A DNA stretch of 63,565 nucleotides, filler included. It is 3 parts of 3 records of this genome, joined end to end, with 100 filler letters (N's around TTAATTAATTAA, not from the genome) between each part and the next. Parts side by side here need not be neighbours in the genome. Positions count along the whole stretch, not along the records: positions 18,124 to 47,905 come from SRR2962707_894; 2 more parts are not named here. One strand, given 5' to 3'. Numbering within the stretch: position 1 is the first letter of the stretch; the number at the start of each line of letters is the position of its first letter. Shown here piece after piece: positions 19,374 through 30,683 of this stretch. Below the pieces are notes generated by a model, which had not been told where the DNA came from, did not search any database, and was given only the letters and a program-made list of their open reading frames with translations. Both the position numbers and the translations under genes were made by a program.

Positions 19374-20099
19374 TTAACAACCAGCAGGATACAGTCTCGA
19401 CAACAACACAGGTACGACGGTTTCTACTCTAAGAATACGATCCCCTAGGTGCACAGACTCCATCCCAGCTTCGAGCCATTTTTCTACTTCAAACTCATTC
19501 CAGCCACCTTCTGGCCCCAAAGCCAACACGCAAGGCTCTTTGATCGCCACAGGGCACGCCTTCGCTTGATATGGGTGAGCAAGTAGCCCTCGCTTATCCG
19601 CGACAATCGCAGGCAATTGGTCTTCTACAAAGGGACGAAAACGCGGGATCATGTGACACACAGGCATAATGGTGTCTTTCGCTTGCTCCAGCCCTTCCAA
19701 TAACGACTGCTGGATAGAATCCTGCTGCAGCACAGGGCTCTGCCAATAGCTTTTTTCCACTTTTGCAGAATGAATCAGATAAATTTCCTTTACCCCCATC
19801 GCACTGATATTTTGCAACGTTCGCTTGAGCATATTAGGCCTTGGTAAGGCCATCACTAACACCATAGGCAAGGCAGCGGGCGGTTCAGAATGCAAGGTCA
19901 ATGAATGAATAACACCAGGGTTTGAGTTTTCTGGCGCCTGATAAACACCTTCACCGATTCCGCCGTTGAGCAAGCCCACACGTAATACATCGCCAGTGAC
20001 CGCCTTGATAACCTTTGACACATGCAATTGTTGACGCTCAGTTAACGCATATTGTCCGCTACTGGGCTCATTATTTGGATCAAGTAAAATTAAGTTCAT
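19374..20099 (-). CDS. rsmE: RsmE-family 16S rRNA m3U1498 methyltransferase-like protein
   Basis: LGPEGGW, LGDRILRVET SPOUT motifs; LEQAKDT. Confidence 0.8.
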   Translation of the reverse strand: MNLILLDPNNEPSSGQYALTERQQLHVSKVIKAVTGDVLRVGLLNGGIGEGVYQAPENSNPGVIHSLTLHSEPPAALPMVLVMALPRPNMLKRTLQNISAMGVKEIYLIHSAKVEKSYWQSPVLQQDSIQQSLLEGLEQAKDTIMPVCHMIPRFRPFVEDQLPAIVADKRGLLAHPYQAKACPVAIKEPCVLALGPEGGWNEFEVEKWLEAGMESVHLGDRILRVETVVPVLLSRLYPAGC

Positions 20100-20130
20100 A
20101 GAAAGTAACTGGTAGGAAAGGTAAAAGAAG

Positions 20131-20160
20131 AAAAGCCGGCCCTCACAGAGAGCCGGCTTT
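20131..20160 (-). terminator. Terminator of hom-thrC
   Basis: aaagccggc...gccggcttt inverted repeat. Confidence 0.7.
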
Positions 20161-20187
20161 ATTTATCGTTAACTCACTATTGCGCGG

Positions 20188-21573
20188 CTAAATACGCTCG
20201 GCAACAAATGATTGAACCTCGTCTAAGCTGTTGTCTAGCACAGTGTAAGATTCTTCTCGCTCAAAAAGATCCTTCATATGCTCAGGCAAACTTGGCGATT
20301 GGCAACCGGCCTTTTCAACCGCTTCTGGGAACTTCACCGGATGCGCTGTTGCTAGAGTAATCATAGGCACAGATTTGTCTTTCCAACACTGACGTGCGGC
20401 TTCCAAACCAATTGCCGTATGAGGATCAAGAAGATACTGAGTAGATGCAAACACATCAGCAATCACATCACAGGTTTTCTTGTCATCCACTTTGTAACTG
20501 TCGAAATTATCTTTAACAAATGACCACGCTTGATCATTAAGGGATACATCTCCCTTGTTAAAGCGTGCCATCAAGTCATCGATTGCGACGCCATCGCGGC
20601 CATGAGCATCAAACAACAAGCGCTCAAAGTTACTCGATACCATAATATCCATGCTTGGCGACAAGGTAACGTTTAGTGACTGGCGACTCATGTCGTTTTC
20701 TGAAATCACACGGTGCAAAATGTCATTCTGGTTCGTCGCAACAACCAATTGATCGATCGGCAAGCCCATTTGTTTAGCAAGGTAACCCGCGAAAATATCG
20801 CCAAAGTTACCGGTTGGCACAGAGAAAGACACCTTACGATGTGGCGCACCAACAGACAAAGCCGATGAAAAGTAGTAAACAACTTGAGCCATGATGCGTG
20901 CCCAGTTGATTGAATTCACCGCGCCCAGCTTGGCGCCTTTCAAGAAAGATTGATCCGCAAAGCTAGACTTCACCATACCTTGGCAATCGTCAAAGTTACC
21001 TTTCACTGCGATATTGAAAACATTGTCATCAATAACCGTCGTCATTTGGCGACGTTGCACTTCAGACACTCGTTCATATGGGTGCAGGATAAAAATATCC
21101 AAATGCTCAGAATGACGGCAACCTTCAATAGCGGCTGACCCTGTGTCACCTGATGTCGCACCAAGAATCACAAGCTTCTCTTTACGCTCAGACAGAACAT
21201 AATCCATCAAACGCCCGAGCAATTGCAGTGCAAAATCTTTAAATGCCAAGGTAGGTCCACGGAATAACTCAAGTATCCATTCGTTATTGCCAACTTGAAC
21301 CATAGGCGCTACAGACGAATGATTGAAGCTCGAATACGCTTCATCGATCATACGCTTAAACGCATCCGCAGGAATGTCGCCTTCCACAAAAGGCCACATC
21401 ACTTTAAAAGCAAGTTCTTGGTAACTTAGATTCGCCCAGGAGGCAATGTCTTCTTTACTATAATGAGGTAAGGTTTCTGGCACATACAAACCGCCATCAT
21501 TCGCCAAACCAGCCAATAGCACATCGCCAAAAGACAAGGCAGGTGCTTTACCACGAGTTGAAATATATTTCAT
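20188..21573 (-). CDS. thrC: Threonine synthase
   Basis: MKYISTRG, GPTLAFKDFA, ATSGDTGSA, ATAHPVKF. Confidence 0.97.
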   Translation of the reverse strand: MKYISTRGKAPALSFGDVLLAGLANDGGLYVPETLPHYSKEDIASWANLSYQELAFKVMWPFVEGDIPADAFKRMIDEAYSSFNHSSVAPMVQVGNNEWILELFRGPTLAFKDFALQLLGRLMDYVLSERKEKLVILGATSGDTGSAAIEGCRHSEHLDIFILHPYERVSEVQRRQMTTVIDDNVFNIAVKGNFDDCQGMVKSSFADQSFLKGAKLGAVNSINWARIMAQVVYYFSSALSVGAPHRKVSFSVPTGNFGDIFAGYLAKQMGLPIDQLVVATNQNDILHRVISENDMSRQSLNVTLSPSMDIMVSSNFERLLFDAHGRDGVAIDDLMARFNKGDVSLNDQAWSFVKDNFDSYKVDDKKTCDVIADVFASTQYLLDPHTAIGLEAARQCWKDKSVPMITLATAHPVKFPEAVEKAGCQSPSLPEHMKDLFEREESYTVLDNSLDEVQSFVAERI

Positions 21574-21585
21574 GATTGTTTCCCC

Positions 21586-22887
21586 TTAAGCCAATGTTTC
21601 GACACGAATACGTTGAACAGTACCCGCAACATCTGGCAAGGCTTCAATTTCAGCAATGGCTGCATTCATAGAACGCTCTTTCACGTCATGGGTCATGACT
21701 ACCAGCGGCACAAGGTCGCTGCCTTCACGCTCACGCTGAATCAAAGACTCAATGCTAATGCCATTTTTGGATAAGATCTGAGTGATATTCGCCAACACAC
21801 CAGCGCGGTCTTGGATCGTCATATTCAAGAAGAAACCACATTCAATTTCTTCAATAGGTAGAATATTAACATCAGACAAGGCATCCGCTTGGAAGGCCAA
21901 ATGCGGCACTCTATTGGTAGGATCTGACGTCAAAGTACGCGCAACATCAATGACATCAGCCACAACCGATGAGCCTGTTGGCATAGCGCCAGCGCCCGCA
22001 CCATAAGTCAAAGTAGGACCGACCGCGTCGCCTTTTACCATGACCGCATTCATCACACCATTCACATTGGCCAATAACTGCTTATTCGAGATCAACGTCG
22101 GATGGACGCGCAGCTCAATGCCATTTTTAGTGCGGTTAGCAATGCCCAAATGTTTGATGGCATAACCTAGATCTCGCGCAAAAGCGACGTCTTCAGAGGT
22201 AATACGACTGATGCCTTCGGTATAGGTTTTCTCAAACTGCAAAGGAATACCAAATGCAATAGAGGCTAAAATAGTCAATTTATGAGCGGCATCAATACCT
22301 TCTACATCAAATGTAGGATCCGCTTCGGCATAACCTAATGCTTGCGCTTCTTTTAGCACATCATCAAAATTCCGACCTTTTTCACTCATCTCAGTCAGAA
22401 TAAAGTTGCCCGTACCATTAATGATACCCGCCAACCAATCAATGCGATTTGCAGACAAACCTTCACGAAGAGATTTGATAATAGGAATACCGCCAGCCAC
22501 AGCGGCCTCAAAGGCAACAATAACGCCTTTTTCTTGTGCTCTTGCGAATATCTCATTGCCGTGTTCTGCAATGAGTGCTTTGTTAGCAGTTACCACATGT
22601 TTGCCATTTTTGATGGCGGTTAGCACGAGCTCTTTCGCGACGGATGTGCCACCAATAAGCTCAAGAACAATATCAATCTCTGGATTATTCACGACATCAA
22701 AAATGTCGCGGGTCATGTTCACTCCGGTGGTGTCGCATGCATCGTTATCGCGACGCGCCCCTACTTGCTCAATTACGATTGAACGGCCGACACGTCGTGT
22801 AATTTCTTCTGCGTTTTTACGCAGAATATTAAAACTGCCAGAACCTACCGTTCCCAGCCCACAAATTCCGACTTTTACCGGTTTCAA
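21586..22887 (-). CDS. hom: Homoserine dehydrogenase
   Basis: GLGTVG, EAAVAGGIP, GYAEADP, C-terminal ACT domain. Confidence 0.97.
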   Translation of the reverse strand: MKPVKVGICGLGTVGSGSFNILRKNAEEITRRVGRSIVIEQVGARRDNDACDTTGVNMTRDIFDVVNNPEIDIVLELIGGTSVAKELVLTAIKNGKHVVTANKALIAEHGNEIFARAQEKGVIVAFEAAVAGGIPIIKSLREGLSANRIDWLAGIINGTGNFILTEMSEKGRNFDDVLKEAQALGYAEADPTFDVEGIDAAHKLTILASIAFGIPLQFEKTYTEGISRITSEDVAFARDLGYAIKHLGIANRTKNGIELRVHPTLISNKQLLANVNGVMNAVMVKGDAVGPTLTYGAGAGAMPTGSSVVADVIDVARTLTSDPTNRVPHLAFQADALSDVNILPIEEIECGFFLNMTIQDRAGVLANITQILSKNGISIESLIQREREGSDLVPLVVMTHDVKERSMNAAIAEIEALPDVAGTVQRIRVETLA

Positions 22888-23033
22888 AACAATACCCCAC
22901 AGAGATAATTTAATTTTTATACGATGTTCATTTCCAACATCTAAGCCTTGCCATTATAGCGTCAGAGTGAATTAAACCCAACGAAGAATACCCTGAACAC
23001 GGCTCATGTTTAGTGGAATATTTCGCGATAAAG

Positions 23034-23753
23034 CTATAACCCAAGCTCTTTCGCTAATTCATTCGCAGGCAAATAGCCAGGAATCAACTGACCGTCTTGC
23101 AAGACAATCGTTGGAGTACCACGAACGCCAATGGAATTCCCTAGGTTATAGTCATCTGCAACTGGGTTTACACAGGTGTTTTCTGGTATCGCGTCACCTT
23201 CTTTGGCTTTCGTTAACCAACCTTTAGGATCATCAGAACACCAGATGCTAACCATTTTTTTGTAGGAGTCAGAACCAAGGCCAGCACGAGGGTAAGCCAA
23301 ATAACGTACCGTAATGCCCATTTCATTTAGCTTAGGAACTTCTTTGTGCAGCATACGGCAATAGGCACAATCTACATCCGTAAACACTGTGATATGCGCT
23401 TTTTCCTTAGCGGCTTTAAAGACAATCATTCTAGAAACAGGTAACGCTTCTATCTCGGCAAGCTTCGCTTTCTGGGTTTCGTTTTCTACGGCCGTGCCAT
23501 TGATATGATAAATATCCCCCGTAGTGAAATATTTTCCATCGGCAGTAACGTGCAAAGCCGGTCCATCTTTTAAGGTCACCGTGTATAAGCCTGAACCAGA
23601 ATGAAGTTCAATATTTTCTATACTGTATTGAGGTAGCGCCTGTTGCACAGCGGCATCTACTTCCGCTTTACCAGCAAAAGCAAGAGAGGAAAATAAAACA
23701 GGGAGGGAAGTGATTATTGCGTATCGAGAAAAGAGCTGAAAGAAGGGCGTCAT
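23034..23753 (-). CDS. dsbC: Thiol:disulfide isomerase DsbC
   Basis: VFTDVDCAYC, GVRGTP; SD-supported start at 23753. Confidence 0.9.
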   Translation of the reverse strand: MTPFFQLFSRYAIITSLPVLFSSLAFAGKAEVDAAVQQALPQYSIENIELHSGSGLYTVTLKDGPALHVTADGKYFTTGDIYHINGTAVENETQKAKLAEIEALPVSRMIVFKAAKEKAHITVFTDVDCAYCRMLHKEVPKLNEMGITVRYLAYPRAGLGSDSYKKMVSIWCSDDPKGWLTKAKEGDAIPENTCVNPVADDYNLGNSIGVRGTPTIVLQDGQLIPGYLPANELAKELGL

Positions 23754-23815
23754 TGATAACCTCAAGCAAATAAGAGTAATCAACATTAGGCCACAACCCT
23801 AGGAGGAAGTTCCAT

Positions 23816-23845
23816 AAAAAAAGGCGACTTTCGTCGCCTTTTTTT
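23816..23845 (-). terminator. Terminator of the rpsP-rimM-trmD-rplS operon
   Basis: aaaaaaaggcgac-tttc-gtcgccttttttt. Confidence 0.8.
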
Positions 23846-23857
23846 AACACAGAAAAA

Positions 23858-24220
23858 TTAACGTTTAGCCAATTTCTCTTTAATACGTGCTGATTTACCA
23901 GAACGCTCGCGTAGGTAGTAGATCTTAGCCTGACGCACGTCACCGCGACGTTTAACTTCGATGCTTTCAACAATTGGGCTATATGTTTGAAAAGCACGCT
24001 CAACACCGATACCGCTAGAGATTTTACGAACGGTAAATGCTGAGTTAAGACCGCGATTACGCTTAGCAATTACAACACCTTCATAGGCCTGTAGACGCTC
24101 GCGTGAACCTTCTTTAACTTTAACTTGAACAACAACAGTGTCACCAGGACCGAAGGCTGGGACTTCTTTTGTCATCTGTTCAGCTTCAATTTGCTGAATC
24201 AGTTTAGTTTTATTACTCAT
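23858..24220 (-). CDS. rplS: 50S ribosomal protein L19
   Basis: [27 protein letters not shown]; start 24220. Confidence 0.98.
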   Translation of the reverse strand: MSNKTKLIQQIEAEQMTKEVPAFGPGDTVVVQVKVKEGSRERLQAYEGVVIAKRNRGLNSAFTVRKISSGIGVERAFQTYSPIVESIEVKRRGDVRQAKIYYLRERSGKSARIKEKLAKR

Positions 24221-24288
24221 GGATGTGACTCCTAATGATATGGTTTCTTGCCAAGCGAAGGTTCTTCTCTTTGACAAGCTCGTAATTC

Positions 24289-25041
24289 CTACTCTGCCGA
24301 GGTTGAATCTTCAGTTTCACGAATAAACTCTTCTAACAGCTTCTGCTGTTCCTTGTCCAACTCAAGGTCTTGCAGAAGGTCTGGCCGGCGTTGCAAAGTT
24401 CTTCCGAGCTTTTGCTTTAATCGCCAGCGTCTAATCTCCTCATGGTTGCCACTAAGCAGTACAGAAGGGACAGATTCGCCATCCAACACTTCTGGTCGAG
24501 TATAATGCGGGCAATCTAACAAACCGTCTGCAAACGAATCTTCGTCCGCAGAAGCCTGCTTTCCTAGCACTCCAGGAACCATACGAAGTACCGCATCCAT
24601 CAGCACCATAGCCGGCAACTCGCCACCACTTAGAACAAAGTCGCCAATCGACCATTCTTCATCAATCTCAGATTGAATTAAACGCTCATCAACGCCTTCA
24701 TAACGACCTGCTACCAGAATAAATTCTGCTTGTTTAGCAAGCTGTTGCACACCTTCTTGCGTCAGCGTACGCCCTTGAGGGGATAGATAAATAACTTTTG
24801 CGTTCGGCACCAATAACTTGGCGCTTGTAATCGCATCTTTGAGAGGCTGAACTTTCATCAGCATCCCAGGACCACCACCATAAGGTCGATCATCCACAGT
24901 TTTATGTCTGTCATGGGTGAAATCTCGAGGATTAATAAAATCCATCGACACTAAACCAGACTTAATGGCTCTGCCCGTTACTCCATATTGGGTAATGGCT
25001 TGAAACATCTCCGGAAAAAGCGATATAACACTGACCTTCAC
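24289..25041 (-). CDS. trmD: tRNA (guanine-N1)-methyltransferase
   Basis: [31 protein letters not shown]. Confidence 0.98.
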   Translation of the reverse strand: MKVSVISLFPEMFQAITQYGVTGRAIKSGLVSMDFINPRDFTHDRHKTVDDRPYGGGPGMLMKVQPLKDAITSAKLLVPNAKVIYLSPQGRTLTQEGVQQLAKQAEFILVAGRYEGVDERLIQSEIDEEWSIGDFVLSGGELPAMVLMDAVLRMVPGVLGKQASADEDSFADGLLDCPHYTRPEVLDGESVPSVLLSGNHEEIRRWRLKQKLGRTLQRRPDLLQDLELDKEQQKLLEEFIRETEDSTSAE

Positions 25042-25062
25042 GTTATGACTCCAGCTTTACGC

Positions 25063-25608
25063 TTAAAATTCTGGATCCCAATCAACCACCATTTCCTGCT
25101 GTTCTAGATTAATATCTACAACATAAGACCCTGGCGCATAGGGGATCAAGCGTTCTTCGCGATCAAAACTGCCTTCACACGCACGGACAACGACAACATC
25201 ATTCGCACCGGTTTCCATAAGCTGAGAAACCTTCCCCAAGAGGACACCCTCTTTGGTAATAACCCTAAGACCTTCCAGCTGACTCCAGTAGTAATCACCT
25301 TCCTCTAACGCTGGGAGCTCTTTGCCATCAATGTAGATGTCCATACCGCAGATTTCTTTTACAAGATCTCTGTCGCTATAACCTTTCACTGATGCCACCA
25401 AACCACGACCTTGCAGTCGTCCTTGGCTTAATTCAACGGTCTTCCACCCACTAGGAGTTTTCAACCACCAATGCTTGTAATCAAAGATTCCTTGCATTGG
25501 GTCGGTGTGTGAATATAACTTCACCCACCCTTTAACACCGTAAACCGATGTAATGCGTCCAACCACAAGGGCTTGCTCAGGAGCGGCCGCTTGTTTTAAT
25601 TCAGACAT
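25063..25608 (-). CDS. rimM: Ribosome maturation factor RimM
   Basis: YGVKGWVK, ETGANDV, VDWDPEF; operon position. Confidence 0.97.
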   Translation of the reverse strand: MSELKQAAAPEQALVVGRITSVYGVKGWVKLYSHTDPMQGIFDYKHWWLKTPSGWKTVELSQGRLQGRGLVASVKGYSDRDLVKEICGMDIYIDGKELPALEEGDYYWSQLEGLRVITKEGVLLGKVSQLMETGANDVVVVRACEGSFDREERLIPYAPGSYVVDINLEQQEMVVDWDPEF

Positions 25609-25623
25609 AGCATTACCTCAGTA

Positions 25624-25872
25624 TTAAGCGTTTTTGCTAGCATCTTTTACAAGCTGCGCAGCACGGTCAGAAAGTTGAGCGCCTTGGCTAACCCAGTGGT
25701 TTACGCGATCTAGATCGATGCGTAGACGTTCTTCTTGACCACGAGCTACAGGGTTAAAGAAACCCAAACGCTCGATGTAACGACCATCACGTGCACGACG
25801 GCTATCAGCCACGTTCAAATGATAGAATGGGCGCTTTTTAGAGCCACCACGAGAAAGACGAATAGTTACCAT
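25624..25872 (-). CDS. rpsP: 30S ribosomal protein S16
   Basis: [17 protein letters not shown]. Confidence 0.98.
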   Translation of the reverse strand: MVTIRLSRGGSKKRPFYHLNVADSRRARDGRYIERLGFFNPVARGQEERLRIDLDRVNHWVSQGAQLSDRAAQLVKDASKNA

Positions 25873-26049
25873 ATTATTGGTTCCTTATTGCTTAACGAAA
25901 CGCCTCTTGCCGAGTCGATTTTTGACTCATACTACAAGAGGGCGGCATATTCTAGTCGATTAACCAGAAAAACAAAAGGGCGAATTGCTCGCCCAGACAT
26001 TAAAAACGACAGTTTTTTAACTGCCGTTAATAAAAACAACAAGATACGG

Positions 26050-27432
26050 CTATAGCTTAGGGAATCCACCGCCACCTGGCATACCACCACCTGGCATCAT
26101 TCCACCCAAACCACGCATCATTTTTTTCATTCCGCCTTTGGCCGTCATTTTTTTCATCATCTTCTGCATTTGCTTATGCTGCTTCAAAAGACGATTCAAA
26201 TCTTGAATCTGTAAACCGGCACCCTTGCTAATACGTTTTTTACGAGAACCGTTAATCACATCCGGATTACGACGCTCCGCTGGCGTCATTGAATTAATCA
26301 ATGATTCCATTTGAACGAACATATTGTCGTTCACCTTGTCTTGAATATTACCCAGCTGCCCCATTCCAGGAAGCTTATCTAACATGGAACTCATGCCGCC
26401 CATGTTTTTCATTTGCTGAAGCTGTTCTTTAAAATCTTCTAGATCGAAGCCTTTGCCTTTTTTCAGCTTGCCCGCAAGCTTCTCGGCTTTTTCTTTATCG
26501 ATCTTTTGCTCAGCTTCCTCAATTAGGGAAAGCATGTCGCCCATACCAAGAATACGAGACGCCAAACGATCTGGATGGAAAGGTTCAAGCGCGTCGGTTT
26601 TTTCACCCACACCCAAGAACTTAATTGGCTTACCGGTAATGTGACGAACCGATAGTGCTGCACCACCGCGAGCATCACCGTCTGTTTTGGTTAGGATGAC
26701 ACCGGTTAAAGGCAATACATCACCAAACGCTTTCGCCGTGTTCGCCGCATCCTGACCTGTCATTGCATCGACAACGAACAAGGTTTCAATCGGATTAATC
26801 GCACCATGAAGCGCTTTGATTTCTGCCATCATGGCATCATCAATGGCCAAACGGCCTGCCGTATCGACAATCAATACATCTTTATGTGCTTTACGCGCAT
26901 AATCGATCGCGTTGTTCGCAATGTCGATTGGCTTTTGAGAAATATCACTAGGAATAAAGTCAACGCCGACTTCACCCGCCAACGTCTCAAGCTGTTTAAT
27001 CGCCGCTGGACGATACACATCCGCACTGACAACCGAGACGGATTTTTTCTCACGCTCCGTTAAGTATTTCGCCAGTTTCGCCGCCGAAGTGGTTTTACCC
27101 GCCCCTTGCAGACCAGCAAGCAAGATAACCGCTGGACGAGCCACACGAAGGTTTAACCCATCGTTTGCTTCACCCATGACTTTTTCAAGTTCTTGCTTAA
27201 CGATTTTTAAGAAAACTTGGCCAGGGCTTAAGCTTTTTGTAACTTCGGTTCCAACCGCACGCTCTTTGACAGCGGCGATGAAATCCTTAACAACAGGCAG
27301 CGCAACATCGGCTTCAAGAAGTGCCATACGCACATCACGAAGCACATCTTTAATATTGTCTTCTGTTAATTTGGCGCGACCTCGAATACGATCAAGCGAG
27401 GAAGTTAAGCGATTCGATAAATTGTCGAACAT
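26050..27432 (-). CDS. ffh: Signal recognition particle protein
   Basis: GLQGAGKTT, DTAGR, GDARGG, Met-rich M domain. Confidence 0.98.
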   Translation of the reverse strand: MFDNLSNRLTSSLDRIRGRAKLTEDNIKDVLRDVRMALLEADVALPVVKDFIAAVKERAVGTEVTKSLSPGQVFLKIVKQELEKVMGEANDGLNLRVARPAVILLAGLQGAGKTTSAAKLAKYLTEREKKSVSVVSADVYRPAAIKQLETLAGEVGVDFIPSDISQKPIDIANNAIDYARKAHKDVLIVDTAGRLAIDDAMMAEIKALHGAINPIETLFVVDAMTGQDAANTAKAFGDVLPLTGVILTKTDGDARGGAALSVRHITGKPIKFLGVGEKTDALEPFHPDRLASRILGMGDMLSLIEEAEQKIDKEKAEKLAGKLKKGKGFDLEDFKEQLQQMKNMGGMSSMLDKLPGMGQLGNIQDKVNDNMFVQMESLINSMTPAERRNPDVINGSRKKRISKGAGLQIQDLNRLLKQHKQMQKMMKKMTAKGGMKKMMRGLGGMMPGGGMPGGGGFPKL

Positions 27433-27562
27433 ATTGCCCTCAAATTTTTTGTCCTATATGGAAAAAACCGACTTTCACGGTTTATCCAAGGTGAAATTCC
27501 CCCTATTATAACGGATAAATGATTGTCACCCTATACCTTTACTCTATGGATCCTTTAGTTTC

Positions 27563-28330
27563 ATGACTCAATTATCGCTTTGGCTCGCTTGTTTTGCTTG
27601 TATAGTGGCTAGTTTAGCCTACTACTTCCGCCCTCAAGCCCGCTCAACACAACTGTTCGGTGCCGCAGCGATAGCATTGCACACCCTGTCTTTGAGCCAG
27701 ACATTATTTAGCCAAGATGGTTTTAACTTTCTTACCATTGGGTTATTGATTGCCGCTATTGGTAATGCTTTTCTTTGGCTAAGCAATAGAGACAAAGACT
27801 TATCACTGCTCATTGCCATTGCCTTTCCTTTAACCGCCATCATTATTGCACTCAATGCCATTGAGCCTTGGAACCTAAAACAGCTGCACAGTGAATCGTG
27901 GGGGACCAGCGTTCACATCCTTATTGCGTCGGTCGCTTATAGTTTATTTACCGCGGCCTGCGGCGTCGGCATACTGCTCGCAATCCAAGAGTACCAACTC
28001 AAACACCACCGCTTAAAACAGCTGCTACGAGTACCACCATTACAAGTACTGGAGCGCCTGATGTTCGAATTCATTTGGGCCGCCTTCATTCTTTTAACCG
28101 TAACCATTGCAACTGGCTTCTACTTTATTGAAGATATGTTTGCTCAGCACCTTGTGCATAAGACATTTTTCACTATCGCATCCTGGTTTGTGTTTGCAGG
28201 GCTTTTGTTAGGACGTCATTTTGCTGGTTGGCGCGGCCAATTGGCGGTTAAACTGACCATCAGCGGATTCTTTTTGTTGATGCTTGCCTATTTTGGTAGC
28301 AAGATTGTCTTACAAATTTTACTCCATTAA
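27563..28330 (+). CDS. ypjD: Inner membrane protein YpjD (CcsA-like)
   Basis: 8 TM helices; FAQHLVHKT, GWRG, LAYFGSK; divergent from ffh. Confidence 0.88.
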   Translation: MTQLSLWLACFACIVASLAYYFRPQARSTQLFGAAAIALHTLSLSQTLFSQDGFNFLTIGLLIAAIGNAFLWLSNRDKDLSLLIAIAFPLTAIIIALNAIEPWNLKQLHSESWGTSVHILIASVAYSLFTAACGVGILLAIQEYQLKHHRLKQLLRVPPLQVLERLMFEFIWAAFILLTVTIATGFYFIEDMFAQHLVHKTFFTIASWFVFAGLLLGRHFAGWRGQLAVKLTISGFFLLMLAYFGSKIVLQILLH

Positions 28331-28412
28331 TTCATGATGCATGAAAGTCGTTTGACAGCGACTTTTTAAGCACTAATAATCCGTTTATCTAAACAGTTGA
28401 GGCAATCCCTTT

Positions 28413-29669
28413 TTGAACGATGTTCCCTTAGGTATTCTTAGTGGAATACTGGTTTCTCTTATCTTTCTTTCTGCGTTCTTTTCCAGTTCTGAAACTGGCA
28501 TGTTATCGCTGAATAAATATCGACTAAAGCACTTGGTAAAGAGCAAGAACCGCTCTGCCATCAAGGTCAGCACGTTATTAGAAAGACCTGATCGCTTAAT
28601 TGGTTTGATCCTAATCGGAAATAACTTCGTTAATATCCTAGCGTCGGCCATTGCGACTATTATTGCCGTGCGTATTTGGGGGGATGCTGGGGTTGCGATT
28701 GCAACAGCGGCACTGACGGTGATCGTCTTGATCTTCGCTGAAGTGACGCCAAAAACTCTGGCCGCCATCCATCCAGAGAAAATTGCCTTTCCTGCCTCTT
28801 GGATTCTGGCGGTATTGCTCAAAGTTTTTTATCCCGCTGTGTTCTTTATTAACATGCTGTCAAACGGGCTACTAAGATTGGTCGGCGTCAATGCCTCACA
28901 ACGCAATCATGACACGCTGGATTCCGAAGAACTCAGAACCGTGGTAAATGAAGCCAGTGGCCTTATTCCTGCGGCTCACCAAGAAATGCTGATCTCTATT
29001 TTGGACTTAGAAAAAGTCTCAGTAGAAGACATCATGATCCCACGAAATGAAGTGGTCGGTATCGACATTGAAGACTCTATTGAAGAGATCATCGAACAAA
29101 TATGCCAAAGCCGCCACACACGCATGCCTGTCTATAACGGCGAAATAAACAAAGTCATTGGTATTTTACACGCGCGTCATGCGGCGGTTTTCTTACGCGA
29201 GCAAACACCCTCTAAAGCGGCGCTATTAAAAGCCACCGTTGAGCCTTACTTCATTCCAGAAAGTACGTCATTAAACACAGTGCTATTGAACTTCCAAAAA
29301 GACCACCAGCAAATGGGCATAGTGGTTGATGAATACGGTGATGTTCAAGGTATTGCTGCGCTGGAAGACGTATTAGAAGAAATCGTTGGGGAGTTCACGC
29401 CGCCAACTCAAGAAGAAGAAGACGAAATACAGCCATTGGATGATGGTTCATTCAAAGTGGACGGCTCCACTCACATTCGAGACATTAACAAAACCCTTGA
29501 ATGGCATCTGCCAACCGATGGACCAAAAACGCTAAACGGACTCATCATTGAAACACTGGAATTCATCCCAGAGCACCCAATTAGTCTGCAAGTAGGCCAT
29601 TACCTCATTGAGATCCAAGAGATTGAAGACAAGGTTGTGAAGTTCGCCAAACTAAAGCTAAAACACTAA
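28413..29669 (+). CDS. corB: HlyC/CorB (CNNM/CBS) transporter YfjD
   Basis: SAFFSSSET, EVTPKT, CBS pair VVDEYGD, CorC domain. Confidence 0.88.
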   Translation: MNDVPLGILSGILVSLIFLSAFFSSSETGMLSLNKYRLKHLVKSKNRSAIKVSTLLERPDRLIGLILIGNNFVNILASAIATIIAVRIWGDAGVAIATAALTVIVLIFAEVTPKTLAAIHPEKIAFPASWILAVLLKVFYPAVFFINMLSNGLLRLVGVNASQRNHDTLDSEELRTVVNEASGLIPAAHQEMLISILDLEKVSVEDIMIPRNEVVGIDIEDSIEEIIEQICQSRHTRMPVYNGEINKVIGILHARHAAVFLREQTPSKAALLKATVEPYFIPESTSLNTVLLNFQKDHQQMGIVVDEYGDVQGIAALEDVLEEIVGEFTPPTQEEEDEIQPLDDGSFKVDGSTHIRDINKTLEWHLPTDGPKTLNGLIIETLEFIPEHPISLQVGHYLIEIQEIEDKVVKFAKLKLKH

Positions 29670-29679
29670 GGACATCGTC

Positions 29680-30225
29680 ATGAGATTTTGCCCACAATGC
29701 GGCCACGCAGTAGACATGATTATTCCTGAAAACGACAACCGAGTTCGTGCCGTTTGTCCGAATTGTGAGCACATTGACTATGACAACCCGCGCCTAATAA
29801 CCGGCACCATTCCTATGTACCAGGGCAAACTATTACTTTGCCGCAGAAACATAGAGCCGAGATTTGGCTATTGGACTTTGCCAGCCGGGTTCATGGAAAA
29901 CCAAGAAACCACAAGCGAAGGCGCCCTCAGAGAAACACTGGAAGAAAGCGGCTCTCACGCCATTTGCCGACAAGCTTTCAGCATGATCAGCATTCCTCAT
30001 ATCAATCAAATACATTTATTTTATTTGGCCGATTTGCAAAAGGATGATTTTCACGCCACATCAGAAAGCTCAGAAGTCGCACTGTTTGAACTGTCTGATA
30101 TTCCTTGGGACGAGTTGGCGTTCTCTAGCGTTACGAAAACACTAGAGCTCTTTATTGAGGATCATAAAACAGGAAATTATGGCTTCCATGAAGACACCCT
30201 GATCATTGACTCTGTATCTGAATAA
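29680..30225 (+). CDS. Zn-ribbon NUDIX hydrolase
   Basis: CPQCG..CPNC; Nudix box GFMENQETTSEGALRETLEE. Confidence 0.9.
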   Translation: MRFCPQCGHAVDMIIPENDNRVRAVCPNCEHIDYDNPRLITGTIPMYQGKLLLCRRNIEPRFGYWTLPAGFMENQETTSEGALRETLEESGSHAICRQAFSMISIPHINQIHLFYLADLQKDDFHATSESSEVALFELSDIPWDELAFSSVTKTLELFIEDHKTGNYGFHEDTLIIDSVSE

Positions 30226-30514
30226 AGTGATAAGCAACTTCCTCATAAGGGTGAGCACTGAGCAGCGCCCTTGTAACTTCCGCTTTCACGTCATCCTTAA
30301 GCACCATTTCCACTCGATACTCTTCTACTTTTTCTAACGCGCCCACTTCACCAAGAAAAGGGTTTGCATTCAGATTAGGACGAAATTGCCCTTCGCCTCT
30401 CACTTGCCAACAACACTGATCGTAATCGCCAATTGAGCCAGCACCAGCCAAAAACACCGCCGTTTTCACTGCCTCTAGATGCGTTTCTGGAACATAAAAC
30501 ACCAACGAGTACAT
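30203..30514 (-). CDS. YqfO/NIF3-related small PII-like protein
   Basis: FYVPETHLEAVK, GAGSIGDY, HPYEEVAY. Confidence 0.85.
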   Translation of the reverse strand: MYSLVFYVPETHLEAVKTAVFLAGAGSIGDYDQCCWQVRGEGQFRPNLNANPFLGEVGALEKVEEYRVEMVLKDDVKAEVTRALLSAHPYEEVAYHFIQIQSQ

Positions 30515-30683
30515 TGCGCCTTCTCCTGTTAATTTCACTTTTACTTTTCACTTCACTGCTTGCCTATTTAATGCCAAACAACGAACAAATCATAGGCGAA
30601 GACGATGGCAGCGAAAGAAGAAAAGCAAAAAAAAACGGCCAGCACCCTAAGCACCGACCGTCACACCAAGAAAGAAAAAGAGC

